Both the position numbers and the translations under genes were made by a program. DNA of 64,000 bases, taken from NCBI RefSeq assembly GCF_023055435.1, contig NW_025963879.1:19096001-19160000 (forward strand), given 5' to 3'. Each line of letters begins with the position of its first letter. Within the stretch, counting starts at the first letter, position 1. The notes beneath the pieces were generated by a model that saw only the letters and a program-made list of their open reading frames with translations, was not told the origin of the DNA and did no database searches. Below, one piece after another: positions 49,740-63,028 of the stretch. The stretch is from Haliotis rufescens (Eukaryota).

Positions 49740-52700
49740 TAGGGCTGGGACGAAACGCATCACGATACTTTGCTCACGATCCGATACGTATCATGATGCT
49801 TGCGTGTGCTCTTATCTGTGGTGCGTAAACCATCTTTTTCATAGACAGGATGGCCAAATACCTGTCACACTATTGATTTAAAGTTGGCAGTGCAGTAAAG
49901 TATGGTGCAATCAGAGACCATATAATAGAGGGACGGCCCTCCCCAACAGTTTATCACTAACCATCAGTGCTACGGTCTGGCATGTAACTGATACACAACG
50001 ACACCCTGCTGTTAACCTCCCTGTAACCGCTGCACATGCGCAATAGATGCGCAGACATTCACAACTGACCATTCTGGTAACCACGTAAACAATATTGCAT
50101 AATATCCGGGGCTAGAGTTAATTCCCTTAGCTGAGATTTCTCCGACTACGACCAGTGACAATCCAATAAAAGGACATCTCTTAGCGCATCGCAAAGATTT
50201 TTTATCATATCTCTCATTAGCACATGTCAGTTGGCTGCAAATTATTCGCTGAACATGTGTGTCTTCCGCGACATTATTTCAATTTACATTTGCCACAGCC
50301 ATGGACGACTTCATTTACTGGGACGATTTTGTCTTGGACCAAGATATACCACTTGAAGAATTCCCACTCAACGACCAGGGGTTGGTTTCGGATAACTCTT
50401 TGTCTGAATAGAATGACAGTGATGTTACCCCTACCAAGCCGTCCGTAATACCTCCCAAAACGTTTCACTCAAAGAGCGTATGTTTTCGTGGGCGTGTGAA
50501 GAAAAAGCCGATCCGATATCAAAAGTATTTTATAACTTATTCTATTTGTTTTATAAATCAGTTAATATATCTCATTTTATGCTGCAAGTGTATAACTATT
50601 ATAAATAAACAAATATACCAAATCTATTACGAACGCCACAGAAAACTATGATCCGGTAAATTGCACAGGAACTCAGGAAGTGTGAATATAACTCATCCAG
50701 ATGCAAGGAAGACACTTGTAACAGATGACCTTATTCTTGATGTTCACAAAATATATCTCCACATTATCTTCATATCTTATTAAAAATAAATCCAGGCAAG
50801 ATTTAGTTGCAAAAATGCATGGTCACCAGCTGGTGTAAATTGCTTTACTATTAGCCAGAAAAAATAACGCCATCTTAATGTCTTTATTTTTATGTAAATT
50901 CGCTACCATTTTATAATGCTCATAGTTCCAATGAATGAAAAATACACATTAAGTTACGAGCGTTGTTAAATGAATTTTCGATGAGTTCGACAATAAGTTT
51001 CGCAAGTAATCAAATGTTATTGGTTAATGCCTGTTTTGGGCTAGCAGTGATAATGGGGTTTGCAAGAGCGAGATATGTTTTTCAAAGGAAGGCTACTGTT
51101 AAATTCAAAAAGCAAAGAGGACGATTGTAATTTTACAATTGTTATTTAATATTACCCGATCAGTTTGATATTTCGATCAGCATACAAATAATTAGGTATT
51201 TCAGGTATAACAGTATAGCTTCAACAAGCATGGTACCAGATATATACTCGTAAACGTAACCTGTAGTTACGTTTGTAGTTTTCTAAATTGTTTCATCATG
51301 GCTTTCTATTCATACCTGATCAATCAAAAACAAACTTTAAAATCTAACCTGAAACAAGGCATGCAACTATTACTATTAAAACAAAACCAAAGATCACAAA
51401 CTCTGACATATGTAGATGTATTTATCATAGAAAAGGACAATAGACCATCTGCTTATTTTGCTGAATGACACCTTCGCCCGAGTTGTCTCGGACTTCTCTC
51501 GTGACAACTGCCGATATAATCCTTCTGGTTTCTTGGCATTTACAAGGCAAATTATAATTTCATAATACAAATATTTCATATAACAGACTTTTATTTTTAT
51601 TTGATGTTTTGATTGTTGTGTAAATACACAAAGTAACTAGTACCTTCATCATATTTACATTATTATGATTGGGTTTAGGCCCAGATCATATAGTTCATAA
51701 TTAATACTTACATGGCATGAAATAAATAAATAGATTAAATGTAGTCATGATTAATAAAGATAAAATGTAAATATGATAACAAATATAAATCATCGTCAAA
51801 ATATGAAGTTTTCTTCAGCGTGATACGTGATAGAAGCCTAACTGAAACAAAGTTAATATAGATATGTTAAACTTACGAAGAAATAGCGAAAACAATGGTA
51901 AAAAAAATACAGATCTTACAAAAGTATTCTAATATCAATAAAAAATAAGACACTTTATAGGATGTTTTAAAAGATATTTGCGGACGATAATCACAGACAA
52001 AATGCATGTTATGTCGTCTGCTATATGGCAATTCAACTTAAAATGTATGACTAAAATATGGGTTTGCTCCAACACTCATACAAAAATAACTACCGATCGT
52101 ACCTATATAACTTTGGTACCATGCAAAAGGGGAAATCGTGATGAATGTAAAAATGTTTATATTAGGACTGATAATAGGACCATATTCGTCTGAAAGCATG
52201 AGAAAATTAAGAGTTGTGGTGTAATTATTTTTGAAAAATTCAGATTTAGTCGCATTTCTGGAGTCAAAATTAGAAATTTCGCAACCACTCTAGATTTTTC
52301 AATTTCACTACACTACTTTTTAACATATCTCCTTTTTACACACCTCGGTAACCAAGGGCTTTCATTGCGAATTCGTGGCCATTATTGAAAATCACAATCT
52401 GCACTTTTGCCGATTTTACATGTGCGCCATTTTGCTCTTTCGGACAAAGACAAAGCGTGATCACAGTCATCAAATACAATAACAACGACATGCTTCAGGG
52501 CATCAACAAGTTTCAGTTGTAATGTTGACAACGTTAAGAAATACGTGAGTGTAAATATGTGTTGTGAAATATATCTTTTGCATGGGAAAACTAGGCGACA
52601 ACGATGATTGCGGTGAACGCGTTTCTGCTCGCTTCCGGACAGGCTGCGCAGAACAAGCACTGATGGTTTCGCGCATAGGCTAGAGGGCCGTCCCTCTATT

Positions 52701-52868
52701 ATATGGTCTCTGGTGCAATGGATGAAAATGTTTACGTTTTCACTTCTCATTTTCCCTAGTAATTAGTGTTTGGTACTTTTGTACTTAGTGTGCGATTGTG
52801 ATCAATACTTGTATTGAGAAGTAAAAAATCACGATCCACTGATGCATCGGTGTATCATCCTACTTCTA
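49740..52868. mobile_element. hAT-like MITE (~320 bp) split by a P-like element
   Basis: TAGGGCTGGGACGAAAC...GTATCATCCTACTTCTA; perfect 8-bp TSD AAATACTA at 49732-49739 and 52869-52876. Confidence 0.82.
49912..52712. mobile_element. 2.8-kb non-autonomous DNA transposon, P-superfamily-like
   Basis: Perfect 30-bp TIR CAGAGACCATATAATAGAGGGACGGCCCTC; perfect 7-bp TSD GTGCAAT at 49905-49911 and 52713-52719; no transposase ORF. The superfamily call is an inference from the termini. Confidence 0.88.
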
Positions 52869-53490
52869 AAATACTATTTGTGTGACAACATCTCTCAGAT
52901 AGAGTATCCCTCAAACACAGAAAAGTACAGTACCATTTTTGTAATCATCAATACACTAACTTACTGGTACTCTTCTTCCTAATGAAGAAAGTGGAAGAAT
53001 ATTCAAATCGTCTCAAACGTAAAATGAGAAATATAATTTTAGTCTCATCTACACATATGACATTTATTGTTCTCCTGATGACAGTTATATTGGTCTGTAT
53101 CGTAATTATTGAGAAAAATGGAACTATTTCTGTCCTCGAATCTACTTCATAAATGATACTGTGATATAGTAATTTGTTCTGGAGACAAAAGGTTGTTTCT
53201 GAATTTAGAAAGTGTATATGATGTGACATTTGATTTCAATATTCGTTGTCTGCGAGACTTGTTGCACAAATGATTTGTCGGTAGCTACAGGAAATTATTT
53301 CATTTCCTATTCCTATAAAGAGGGCGGTAGATTAGCCAAGTGTTTAAAGTGTACACTGGTGAAATTACCGAGGTTCAAATACTGACTTGGGTACCATGTG
53401 TGAAGCATATTCTTGGTTGGTAGTGCAGTGATATTGTTGGATTACTGCTACAAGTGAAAAATACATGTTCACTCTCTTCATCACTAATAA

Positions 53491-53656
53491 GGGGCGGTCG
53501 GGTAGCCTAGTGGTTAAAGCATTTTTTCGCTCGTCACGCTGAAGACCTGGGTTCGATTCCCGACATGGGTACAATGTGTGAAGCCCATTTCTGGTGTCCC
53601 CCGCCGTGATATTACTGGAATATTACTAGAAGCGGCGTAAAACCATACTCATTCAC
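53491..53656 (+). mobile_element. SINE family A, young copy, directly after an older A copy (~53321-53477)
   Basis: 12-bp TSD TCATCACTAATA at 53478-53489 and 53657-53668. Confidence 0.92.
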
Positions 53657-54848
53657 TCATCACTAATACATCAATGCTGTTTTAAATGATTTAAAAAGAT
53701 TTTCCTCATTCGTACACCAGTGGAATTCTTGGTTAGAATAGGGCAAGAATGGATTTGGTGGTCAGACTCGGTTAAATTTGGATGACAGATTGTCATCGTA
53801 CCTCGGCAGCGTGGATTATTTCTCATATCAGTCACTGGATTGTCTGGTCCATCCTTGATTATTGCAAGTTTATGGAGCTGGAGTCTTGCTTTAAATGGCA
53901 TTAAACAACAAATAAACAAACATATGTCATTACAAGATTTGATAATAAAGAATCTGTGTACCATGACCTGTTCATAAAGACAGGCAGGCCCATCAAACAT
54001 CCTTGTTTAGCCGGAGGCCCCATTATCGATGGCACCATGATTTGCACCATTTCCCAGACTTCTTATCAGAAACCAGTGATCATGGGTTCGAATCCCATAT
54101 TTGCTATGTTTATGTTTCTTGATTTGTCAGCACCTTTGCTTGTGGTGTTAAATTTCTGAGAGCTGCATTGATTCTATACTACACAACACACACATTCACC
54201 TTTTCACCTTACAGTGTGTTTGAATAGGGGCTACCAAGGCACTTACTTCAAGTAACAACAGGCCCTCTGATATTGTCTTGCACAAGCATTATCTGATCTC
54301 AATGTTGTTGCAAGGTCAGATGTTTAGCTTTAACTTAAACGGTGTAGCAGTGCTGTGGAAGGCTCTGATGAAGATTCTAATTTCAATTGAAAATACAATT
54401 AAAAAAATATGACATTGATTACGATCCATTTCCCAACTGCGTCACTGTTGGATAGCCTGACATTTAAACTGACATGCAGGGATAGAGCTGAAACACAATT
54501 CAAAGTGACATTAAGATCAGGATATAGATGACAAATTGTTTGGAATGCTGCAGGAAACAACAACAAGATTGTGTGAATCGATGCTCAAAATGTTAACACT
54601 GGCTTGTCTGGTCCAGACTTGATTATTTACAGGCCGCCGTCATACAGCTGGAATATTGCTGAGTGCGGTGTTAAACATCAAATAAAACTCACTCACTCAA
54701 CCACTCATTCAACTAATCATTCAGCCAATCAACCACTTACTCAACAGCTCACTAACCCAACCACCACTTATCCACTCAACCACTCGACCACTCACTTAAC
54801 CACCAGTCATTCACTCAACCCTCACTTACCCACCCACACCGCTCACCC

Positions 54849-55010
54849 GGGGGCGGTCGGGTAGCCTAGTGGTTAAAGCGTTCACTCGTCACACCTAAGA
54901 CCCGGGTTCGAATCCCGACATGGGTACAATGTGTGAAGCCCATTTCTGGTGTCCCCAGCCGTGATATTGCTGGAATATTGCTAAAAGCGGCGTAAAACCA
55001 AACTCACTCA
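54849..55010 (+). mobile_element. SINE family A, young copy, in a degenerate ACTC-like tract following a family C fragment (~54575-54690)
   Basis: 14-bp TSD CACACCGCTCACCC at 54835-54848 and 55011-55024. Confidence 0.92.
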
Positions 55011-55155
55011 CACACCGCTCACCCATCCACTCACTCACTGATTGTGTCATGACCTGCTAAGGACCAAGCGATAATTAAGTTTATGTTATCATTTACTGAC
55101 ACTCCTCAGACTTGATTAATATTGGAATTCAGGGATATACTTCTCCGACATCTTA

Positions 55156-55501
55156 GACCCCCTCCGTGGTCTAGTGGTAGAGCGTCCGCCCAGAGAGAAG
55201 AAGGTCCGGGTTTCGATCCCCGGCCGCGTCATACCAAAAGATGTTAAAAGATGGTACTTGTTGTTACCCTGTCTGGCGCTCAGCATTAAGGAGCTAAAAC
55301 AAGGACTGGTCAGCTCGGAGTCAGTATACTGTGTCTGAGTGGGGTATTCATGTTAAACTGCGGCATGATATCTCAGTGAACTAGCACTATAAATCGGCAT
55401 CAGTCCGGACTAGTACAAGCTGCCACACACACACATGTGCATGCACGTCGCTATATAAGTGCAATAATCTTGAACGTGATGTTAAACCCAATTTCACCTC
55501 A
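55156..55501 (+). mobile_element. SINE family D, full length
   Basis: Colinear and highly similar to 45270-45621. Confidence 0.9.
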
Positions 55502-55827
55502 CATCTCCACCATCCTGCTGCAGCAACAGAACTTATGCATGTTTCATAGGCTGTGTCTTGTCAACAAATGGAATGGTGGCATGGAGCTCTCTGCTTGGAA
55601 CAAACTGGCCAATAAAACAAACACATATGAAGGAATATATCACCATTTTCTTCAGATCCTGTAAAAAATTTCTTGTGAGGGTCTGTGTCTGACACATCCA
55701 GTTTATGTGTGTGATTTAATGTCTGGTATAATTAGCAATGCCTGTCATCACCTCTCGGGGACAGCGCTGTTGTACAGAGATTAATATCGGCACTTTCACA
55801 GCTCACTGATTTATTAAGGAGTTTTCA

Positions 55828-56033
55828 NNNNNNNNNNNNNNNNNNNNNNNNNNNNNNNNNNNNNNNNNNNNNNNNNNNNNNNNNNNNNNNNNNNNNNNNN
55901 NNNNNNNNNNNNNNNNNNNNNNNNNNNNNNNNNNNNNNNNNNNNNNNNNNNNNNNNNNNNNNNNNNNNNNNNNNNNNNNNNNNNNNNNNNNNNNNNNNNN
56001 NNNNNNNNNNNNNNNNNNNNNNNNNNNNNNNNN
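55828..56033. other. Assembly gap
   Basis: Run of N. Confidence 1.
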
Positions 56034-56532
56034 AATTAGTTCTAAACCTGGGTGGTGTGTATCAGATCTCCATCAAAACACAAGAGGCCACTCACTGGGT
56101 TCTGTTGCAGAGTTTTCAGTTATCCATGACTACAGTCGTTTATAACTATAACTGCTCAATTGCATCAATAAACATGTCTGGCTAAAATTGGAGTTTTTTT
56201 CCCCAGTTTCAGTTGAATTCATTTTAATGATGCCCTCTACTGGCAATTTCTTCAAGGAATGTGAATGTTAGATTCTCTTTGGTAATAGATTGTGTTAACC
56301 TTTGATTTATGAAGGACACGGAGATTAAATTCTGGTTACTCTGTCGCCACTGTCTAAGATGAATTATCTGTAGAAACTGTTGTAAGGGATTTCATTGAGA
56401 AATTTAAATAAATTTGTACTCAGGTTTGGTCTTGTACTGATTTGAAGGATATTTATCTGTTGAATGATGAAAAATACTACACAAATGAAGTTAAAGAACA
56501 CACGATTCTTGCATTTCACTAAAGTTAATCTG

Positions 56533-57075
56533 TCATGCCATGACAGATGAACTATAGTAATGTGAAAGAATTAGTTGCCATGCCATGACAGATGAACTAT
56601 AGTAATGTGAAAGAATCGGTTGCCATGCCATGACAGATGAACTATAGTAATGTGAAAGAAACGTTTGCCATGCGATGACAGATGAACTAAAGTAACATGA
56701 AAGAATCGTTTGCCATGCGATGACAGATGAACTATAGTAATGTGAAAGAATCAGTTGCCATGCGATGACAGATGAACTATAGTAATGTGAAAGAATCGGT
56801 TGCCATGCCATGACAGATGAACTATAGTAATGTGAAAGAAACGTTTGCCATGCGATGACAGATGAACTAAAGTAACATGAAAGAATCGGTTGCCATGCGA
56901 TGACAGATGAACTATAGTAACATGAAAGAATCGGTTGTCATGCCATGACAGATGAACTATAGTAACATGAAAGAATCGGTTGTCATGCCATGACAGATGA
57001 ACTATAGTAACATGAAAGAATCGGTTGTCAAGCCATGACAGATGAACTATAGTAACATGAAAGAATAGGTTGTCG
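56533..57075. repeat. 45-bp minisatellite, ~12 copies
   Basis: Unit CATGCCATGACAGATGAACTATAGTAATGTGAAAGAATCGGTTGC; starts at 56534 and 56579. Confidence 0.96.
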
Positions 57076-57587
57076 TACAAGGGCACTGAGAAAGATTTCT
57101 TGCCGATAGGTGTATAAGTTGGTTAGGGGATTCTTGTTGGAGCAGGGTGTTTAATACAGCGAATAAAGCAGGTTTTCAACTAATTATTTTGAAATGGAGA
57201 TGGAGAGAGGGGTATGTCAGTGATAACAGCAGAAATAAGGTTCAAAGCTGTGCTAAAACCATTCACAGAGGAAACAGTATGCTTGAACACAGAGCAATGG
57301 GTGCTGCATCCACCGACAAGAACCTCATGACAGTGGTCAGGAGGGGCTTGTGTCAATGGTATCTCTAGATCTGGAAACAGTTCCAAATCATCAGTCCAGT
57401 CCTGAAAAATGGATGTTTTTTACACAAATGATGATGCTCCAATCTTTTCACTCATACTTCTGCAGAAGATGAAGATTTAACCAAGCATATTTCTCATGGA
57501 TTACAGCTTCTTTATTCTTTCATTGGGAGGTTTCGATACAGATGCTGGTACCTTGATCAGCCTCTTCCTTCTTCATAGAAACTATGG

Positions 57588-57803
57588 GTGCAGAGTTGCA
57601 TCCCCAGGGCACGCCTGAAACCTTTGATCATGAATGAGAATCCTGGTTTGCTCAGATTATGTTTCTAGGTTTGTCAGCACCATACACCGAAGTGGTAAAC
57701 GTCTGAGACCTGCATCACTTTAGGATTTCCTCCCATATCAAGCTGACACGCTGTGATATAACTGGAATACTGTTCAAAGCATCAAAACTCACTCACTCAC
57801 TCA
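57588..57803 (+). mobile_element. SINE family B, 5'-truncated
   Basis: GTGCAGAGTTGCATCCCC...GGAATACTGTTCAAAGC...(ACTC)n. Confidence 0.85.
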
Positions 57804-59226
57804 TTGATACTACAACTTCTGAAATGCCACTTGCAGATATCAAATTTAATTGTTCCAGTTTGTATTTATCAATCCTGTGAGAATTGTCAGGCAAAATACT
57901 TCTCTCAACAACCTTGCTTTACATTGAAGGAGCCAATGAGTATTGTATGGTCACAATGGCTGCAGATTATGGATAGCAACTGATCTCTGGTTGGTAACCA
58001 TGCATCACTCCCATCATGTATTTCCCGAGAGGGAATTGCAGAAATATCTTCCATCAGTGGAATTACTGTTGTTTTTGTTGTTGTGACAAATTACCTTTTT
58101 TGTCTTTTTTTTTTAATCATTACACAAAAACAGATAATTTGGGTGGAATGTTGGGGATTTAAACAATCCGGGTGAGACATTCTGATCATGATCAATAGTG
58201 TTAACCGTTAATCATGCTTCAAATGGTTATTGAAGTACAGAAACAAAATTACACAATAACGATTTTGGTATTGCTTTCAGTGTTGGGCCGGATGGGATTA
58301 AGGGTGTTTTAATCAACAATTTTAACCACACAAATGTTTTTGTTTAGTCAATATAATGTGGCTGCTTATCATTTCTGATGTGTGCCTGGTGATCGAAGTA
58401 CTTATATATGCAACAAAACTTGAAGAAATTCACCAAATGTGAAGCAGAATTCCATATTGGAAGTCTTCACGGACTGAAGCTGGTTGAAAACACATTGTTG
58501 TTGTGTGCAGCAGACTCAGTGTGTCAACAACATAGCCTGGTGGTGTGGTTCACTAATTCAATTATCAGGTGTAATTACTCTCTGCAGGAAGATGTGATAA
58601 AACTGGACATCGCTATGTATGTTTTGTTGCATAAACTTCAATTTTGATTGTAAAATCTAGCTGTCAGAACAGCCAGTCACAGTCAAAAACAGCCATTATG
58701 ATGTCCTCATGTCATGTCCCTTACATGCCATGTTTAAATTGACTTCCTAATCTACCACTGGTGCTATCTGAGGTCAGTCCTCGCTCCTCTTTGAGAGCGT
58801 CCTTGGTTTTGAATCCCAGCCTGAACACAATACCAACCTGTCTTGCCTCATCTTTACAGCAGCATAAACCACTTTATCTACTTATTACCTGCACAAGTAG
58901 TCTCTTACTGGGAGGATGAACTCAAGACACACTGCTCCCCAGCTTCCTTTTGAAGAGTACTCCCAGCATTCCTGGACCCTGACAAGGCTTATGGAGCTGA
59001 GATGATCTCCATAAATCTTCCTGTTGAGATGGAGTAGCTGAGAGAGTTCTCCAGGCTATAATCAAGGTGCTGCATAGGGATCTTTATAGAATTATTCCCC
59101 TTGTGAACTTCATAAATTTTGTTGTTTGTTCGACAGTGTCGTCATCACAGGTTCACGTGACTGTTGTTCAGTTAATCACACTATGGGGAGAAAATGTGTG
59201 CAGGTTCCCTTGTGTATTCTGAACTA

Positions 59227-59430
59227 NNNNNNNNNNNNNNNNNNNNNNNNNNNNNNNNNNNNNNNNNNNNNNNNNNNNNNNNNNNNNNNNNNNNNNNNNN
59301 NNNNNNNNNNNNNNNNNNNNNNNNNNNNNNNNNNNNNNNNNNNNNNNNNNNNNNNNNNNNNNNNNNNNNNNNNNNNNNNNNNNNNNNNNNNNNNNNNNNN
59401 NNNNNNNNNNNNNNNNNNNNNNNNNNNNNN
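59227..59430. other. Assembly gap
   Basis: Run of N. Confidence 1.
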
Positions 59431-59675
59431 GGGTAGAATAGGTCTTCGGCAACCCATGCTTTCTGTAAGAGGTGTATATGCTTGTCAGAAGAGGCGACTA
59501 ACATGATTGGGTGGTCAGGCTTGCTAACTAGGTTGATGCATGTCATCGTATCCCAATTGTGTGGATCAATACTCATGATGTCAATCACCGGATTGTCTCT
59601 TCCAAAACTCTGATTATAGACCGCAGTCATATAGGTGGAATATTGCTGAGTGAGGCATTAAACAACAAACAAACT
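59431..59675 (+). mobile_element. Retroposon family C, duplicated-hairpin subtype, 5' end lost in the gap
   Basis: GGGTAGAATAGGTCTTCGGCAACCCATGC...GAGGCGACTAAC...GGAATATTGCTGAGTGAGGCATTAAACAACAAAC. Confidence 0.85.
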
Positions 59676-60949
59676 CACTCACTCAAACCCACTGTCAATC
59701 AATCAATCACTCACTCACTCCCACTCTGTCACTCACTCACTCACTCACTCACTCTGAAGACACCTTGCAGATGTTACATGTGGCCGTTTGTAATTTCCCA
59801 GTCATGTTATGCAGAAGAGAGCACATACAAAATCGCCAGACACTGTTTGAAACACAGATCGTACATGAACAGTGTTTGTGTGAGGATAAGACTGTTTCTT
59901 TTGACCAATCATTCCCTGGGACTATTCATCACGTAATGGTTGGAGTGAAGGAGACAGGGATGGGTGCTTCAACTCATTAAGTCTCTCTTTATCAGTGGTT
60001 TAGAAAGTCTGGCATATGATGCCAATATCTATCATAAACTGAAACCAATATTTACTCAGAATCAATCTTTGTCTGAATATTGACATTGCAACTGTGAAAT
60101 GTCAACTATTTATGGAAAATACTTTGTAAGCAGATATTTATTTGTACATGGCTCAGATATGATTTCAGCGTGATTGGGTGCGTGAATGAGTGTTGTTTTG
60201 TGCTGCTGTCATCAACAATACAGTTAGTTTGTTGGGATTTTGTCATCGACTGTTGATCATAAAAGAGTTTTTCAACCAATCAGTCATTGAATATAATGAA
60301 TTTGCCCGTTTGTAATTTTTTCTGGAAATTGCATATATAGAGATTTGATTTGAAATTTAAGGATGTTTTCTCTTTTTAGTGAATACTTGATTGATAGCAT
60401 ATTGATGATGAATGTGTTCCTGTGTAGTTATTTACAGATGAAAGGATAATTAAACATTTATATTAATTCTTTTTGGTGAAATAGCATTTTCCCCCAGAAA
60501 TAGTTGCATCTAATATGGAGACTTCCAATTGATCATTACACCAGTTGAGGATAACCAATCAGTCATTGATTATCAGAACATCACAAGGGATTTATCTAGA
60601 CCTGCTCCGAGGCTGATATTCGACCCCATGTCTGCAGCAAATGTCAGTAAATATTCCCAAATTGGAATTACAAATTTTCCAACTCAAGTACATGTATTAT
60701 AGTAAAAACGGATGTTATGGCTTTGTACTAGTGATTTGTATATCCAATTTGAGCAAAATAATTTTTCCAAAATTACCTGGCAAGGACACTTAATTTGAAA
60801 TCCTGGATCAATCCCTGATCACTACCAAATTACAGTGATATCACAAGCACCAGACAAAGCAGTGGTTGTTAACGCGTGGAGTGATTAGTGAGATCCCGTC
60901 TATTTGCAAAATCCCAAGTCTATTTGGTGTTTGCAATTAGCATACAGTA

Positions 60950-61320
60950 CAACGGACGTATTCTATCCCCAAATTTCTACTGGGATTTCGAATCAGAATT
61001 TCCACTGTGAATAAAGACCAGAATGAGTTCCATGTTCCGTGCTGTTTGGGGTAAGATGACACACACTCCACCACTCTTTAGTTCATGTTTTTTTGCAATG
61101 AGCATGAGGTACCATAGATCTATTCTGTTCCAAAATTCAAACAAAGATTTCAAGCCTGATGTTCCACAGTGATTTCAAAACCAGAATGAGGTCCATGCTC
61201 CGTGCTGATGGGGTAAGATGACAAACATCAGTCTCATTACTCATTGTGTCAGATGTTTTTTTCCAACGAACATCGGATACATTGGATGTAATCTACCCCT
61301 CAGGGATTTCAGTTAAGAAT
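60950..61320. repeat. Degenerate ~163-bp tandem duplication
   Basis: CAGAATGAG.TCCATG.TCCGTGCTG...GGGGTAAGATGACA at ~61019 and ~61182. Confidence 0.75.
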
Positions 61321-61334
61321 TATGTTTTGTTTTG

Positions 61335-61569
61335 ATTGTTTGTTTGTTGTTTATGCCGCACTCAGCAATATCCCAGCTATATGACGGTGGTCAATAAATA
61401 ATCGAGTCTGGACCAGACAATCCAGTGATTGACATCATGAGCATCGATCCACGCAGTTGGGATCGATGACATGCATCAAACAAGTCAGCGAGCCTGATCA
61501 CCCGATCCCGTTAGTCGCCTCTAACAACAAGCATAGTCGCCTTTTACCGTAAGCATGGGTTGCTGAAGA
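61335..61569 (-). mobile_element. Retroposon family C, duplicated-hairpin subtype, 5'-truncated
   Basis: Colinear with 20712-20935. Confidence 0.87.
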
Positions 61570-62921
61570 AGGCTGGCAGATCAGGATATCAAATAACTTT
61601 TGGGTATAGGATGAGCTGATAATCAGACCAGAACTCCAGGTTGTGACAGGGATGATTTAGTGTGTCAGTCACAAATAATATGTTAATCTACTTGAGAACT
61701 GGGGCGTTTCATTTAATTTAATTTGTGCCAAACTGTCACAGATCATAAATTTGGTAGCAGTGTGATGAAGAGCAGGGACAGAAATGAAAGTTCTTTTTTT
61801 TCAACTTTGCCACAGGGTTACTGACTCAAAAGCATGTTTAGGTATGCCATTTAGAATTAAAATATGACAACAAAAAGAATAATTTTGATCCATCATGGAA
61901 CTCAATCAATGTCATTTCACCAAGGCTAGATAATAACCAGATGTTGCAAGTTTGCCCCTTCCTTTTGACTGAGATTGATTCTAGCCTGATGTATGGGCTC
62001 ACCTGACTGTAGGTTAAGTGAGCTTATGTTGAGGGCTATTTCTCACTTGTGCATCTTCCATTATCCCTCAAAGAACTATTGGGGGTTAACATTGTTTTAC
62101 GATAAAAAAAGTTTGACCTTGATTTGACCTTTACACTTCAACCAAACTACAAGCTGACACATCCATTATAATTCAGCCATTTTTGTACAAATGTAATGAA
62201 ATTTGGTATTTGTTTAGTTTGTTGTCCATTTAGTTCCATTTTATGCAATAAGTTTTGATCTTGTTTGACCTTGCTCTAAAATTCTCTGTGTGGCATATTT
62301 GTCTCTGTAAGCTTCGTCTCTTCTGAAGTTGCCAGACTGTCAGGGAGCTGACCTTTGGCATGTCTGTTTTTTCTTATGATGACATCATATTTTGTTCGCA
62401 TCATTTGAGTTTAGTATTTATGCAGAAAATATTAAATTTTCAATGTTAAAAGTAACTTTTTGTTTAGTGTTTTGTTATGTCCCGGTGAGCATGTCCACAT
62501 GTCCAGGTGAGCTCCAGTAGTGTGGCATTATTTTTCATTTCTGAAAGCCCAGATGTATCTTGTGAATGATGTGTACAATAATCGTGTTGGTGGTCATGCA
62601 GGTTGAGTTGGTTGATCGCATGTCAGCATTCACCAACGGTTTAGTTAGAAATTGGCACGCGTCCTGTAGTCCTTACCGATCTGCCCAATAGTAAAGGTAT
62701 GCTAAGGACTAGTAGAAATTGGCCCATTTTAAGGGTTTTGCTATATGTTATCATTATAAGGACTCGTGGACAAAAGCTGTTAGTTTCTAACCCTGGATGT
62801 CATCAACTGGTTTGTCGGGTCCTCAGTTGTTTGTAGGCCCTCATGATATAACTTCTATATACTGACTGCAGCATTCAACAATATTCACTCCACCACTCAC
62901 TCATGAAGGGCAGGTAACCTG

Positions 62922-63028
62922 GGACCCGTTCCACAAAGCGATCTTAGCGCTACGACTGTCGTAAGCCTATGTTTAAGTATGGGAGTTACGATCATCTTAC
63001 CGCTAAGATCGCTTTGTGGAACCGGGCC
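62922..63028. mobile_element. PIF/Harbinger-like hairpin MITE, 107 bp
   Basis: ~28-bp near-perfect TIR; 3-bp TSD CTG at 62919-62921 and 63029-63031. Confidence 0.87.

Noticed and set aside
52340-52510. THAP-domain remnant at the right end of the P-like element
   Set aside because: The minus-strand peptide has scattered Cys/Trp/Pro but I cannot place the C2CH signature.
53491-53565. tRNA genes at A/B-box motifs (also 36348, 54849, 45270, 55156)
   Set aside because: Each continues into a SINE body and tail, most with TSDs; these are SINE heads.
60584-60817. Possible hAT-like MITE (AGGGATTTATCTAG...CTGGATCAATCCCTG)
   Set aside because: Imperfect TIR, no clean 8-bp TSD and no second copy in the window.
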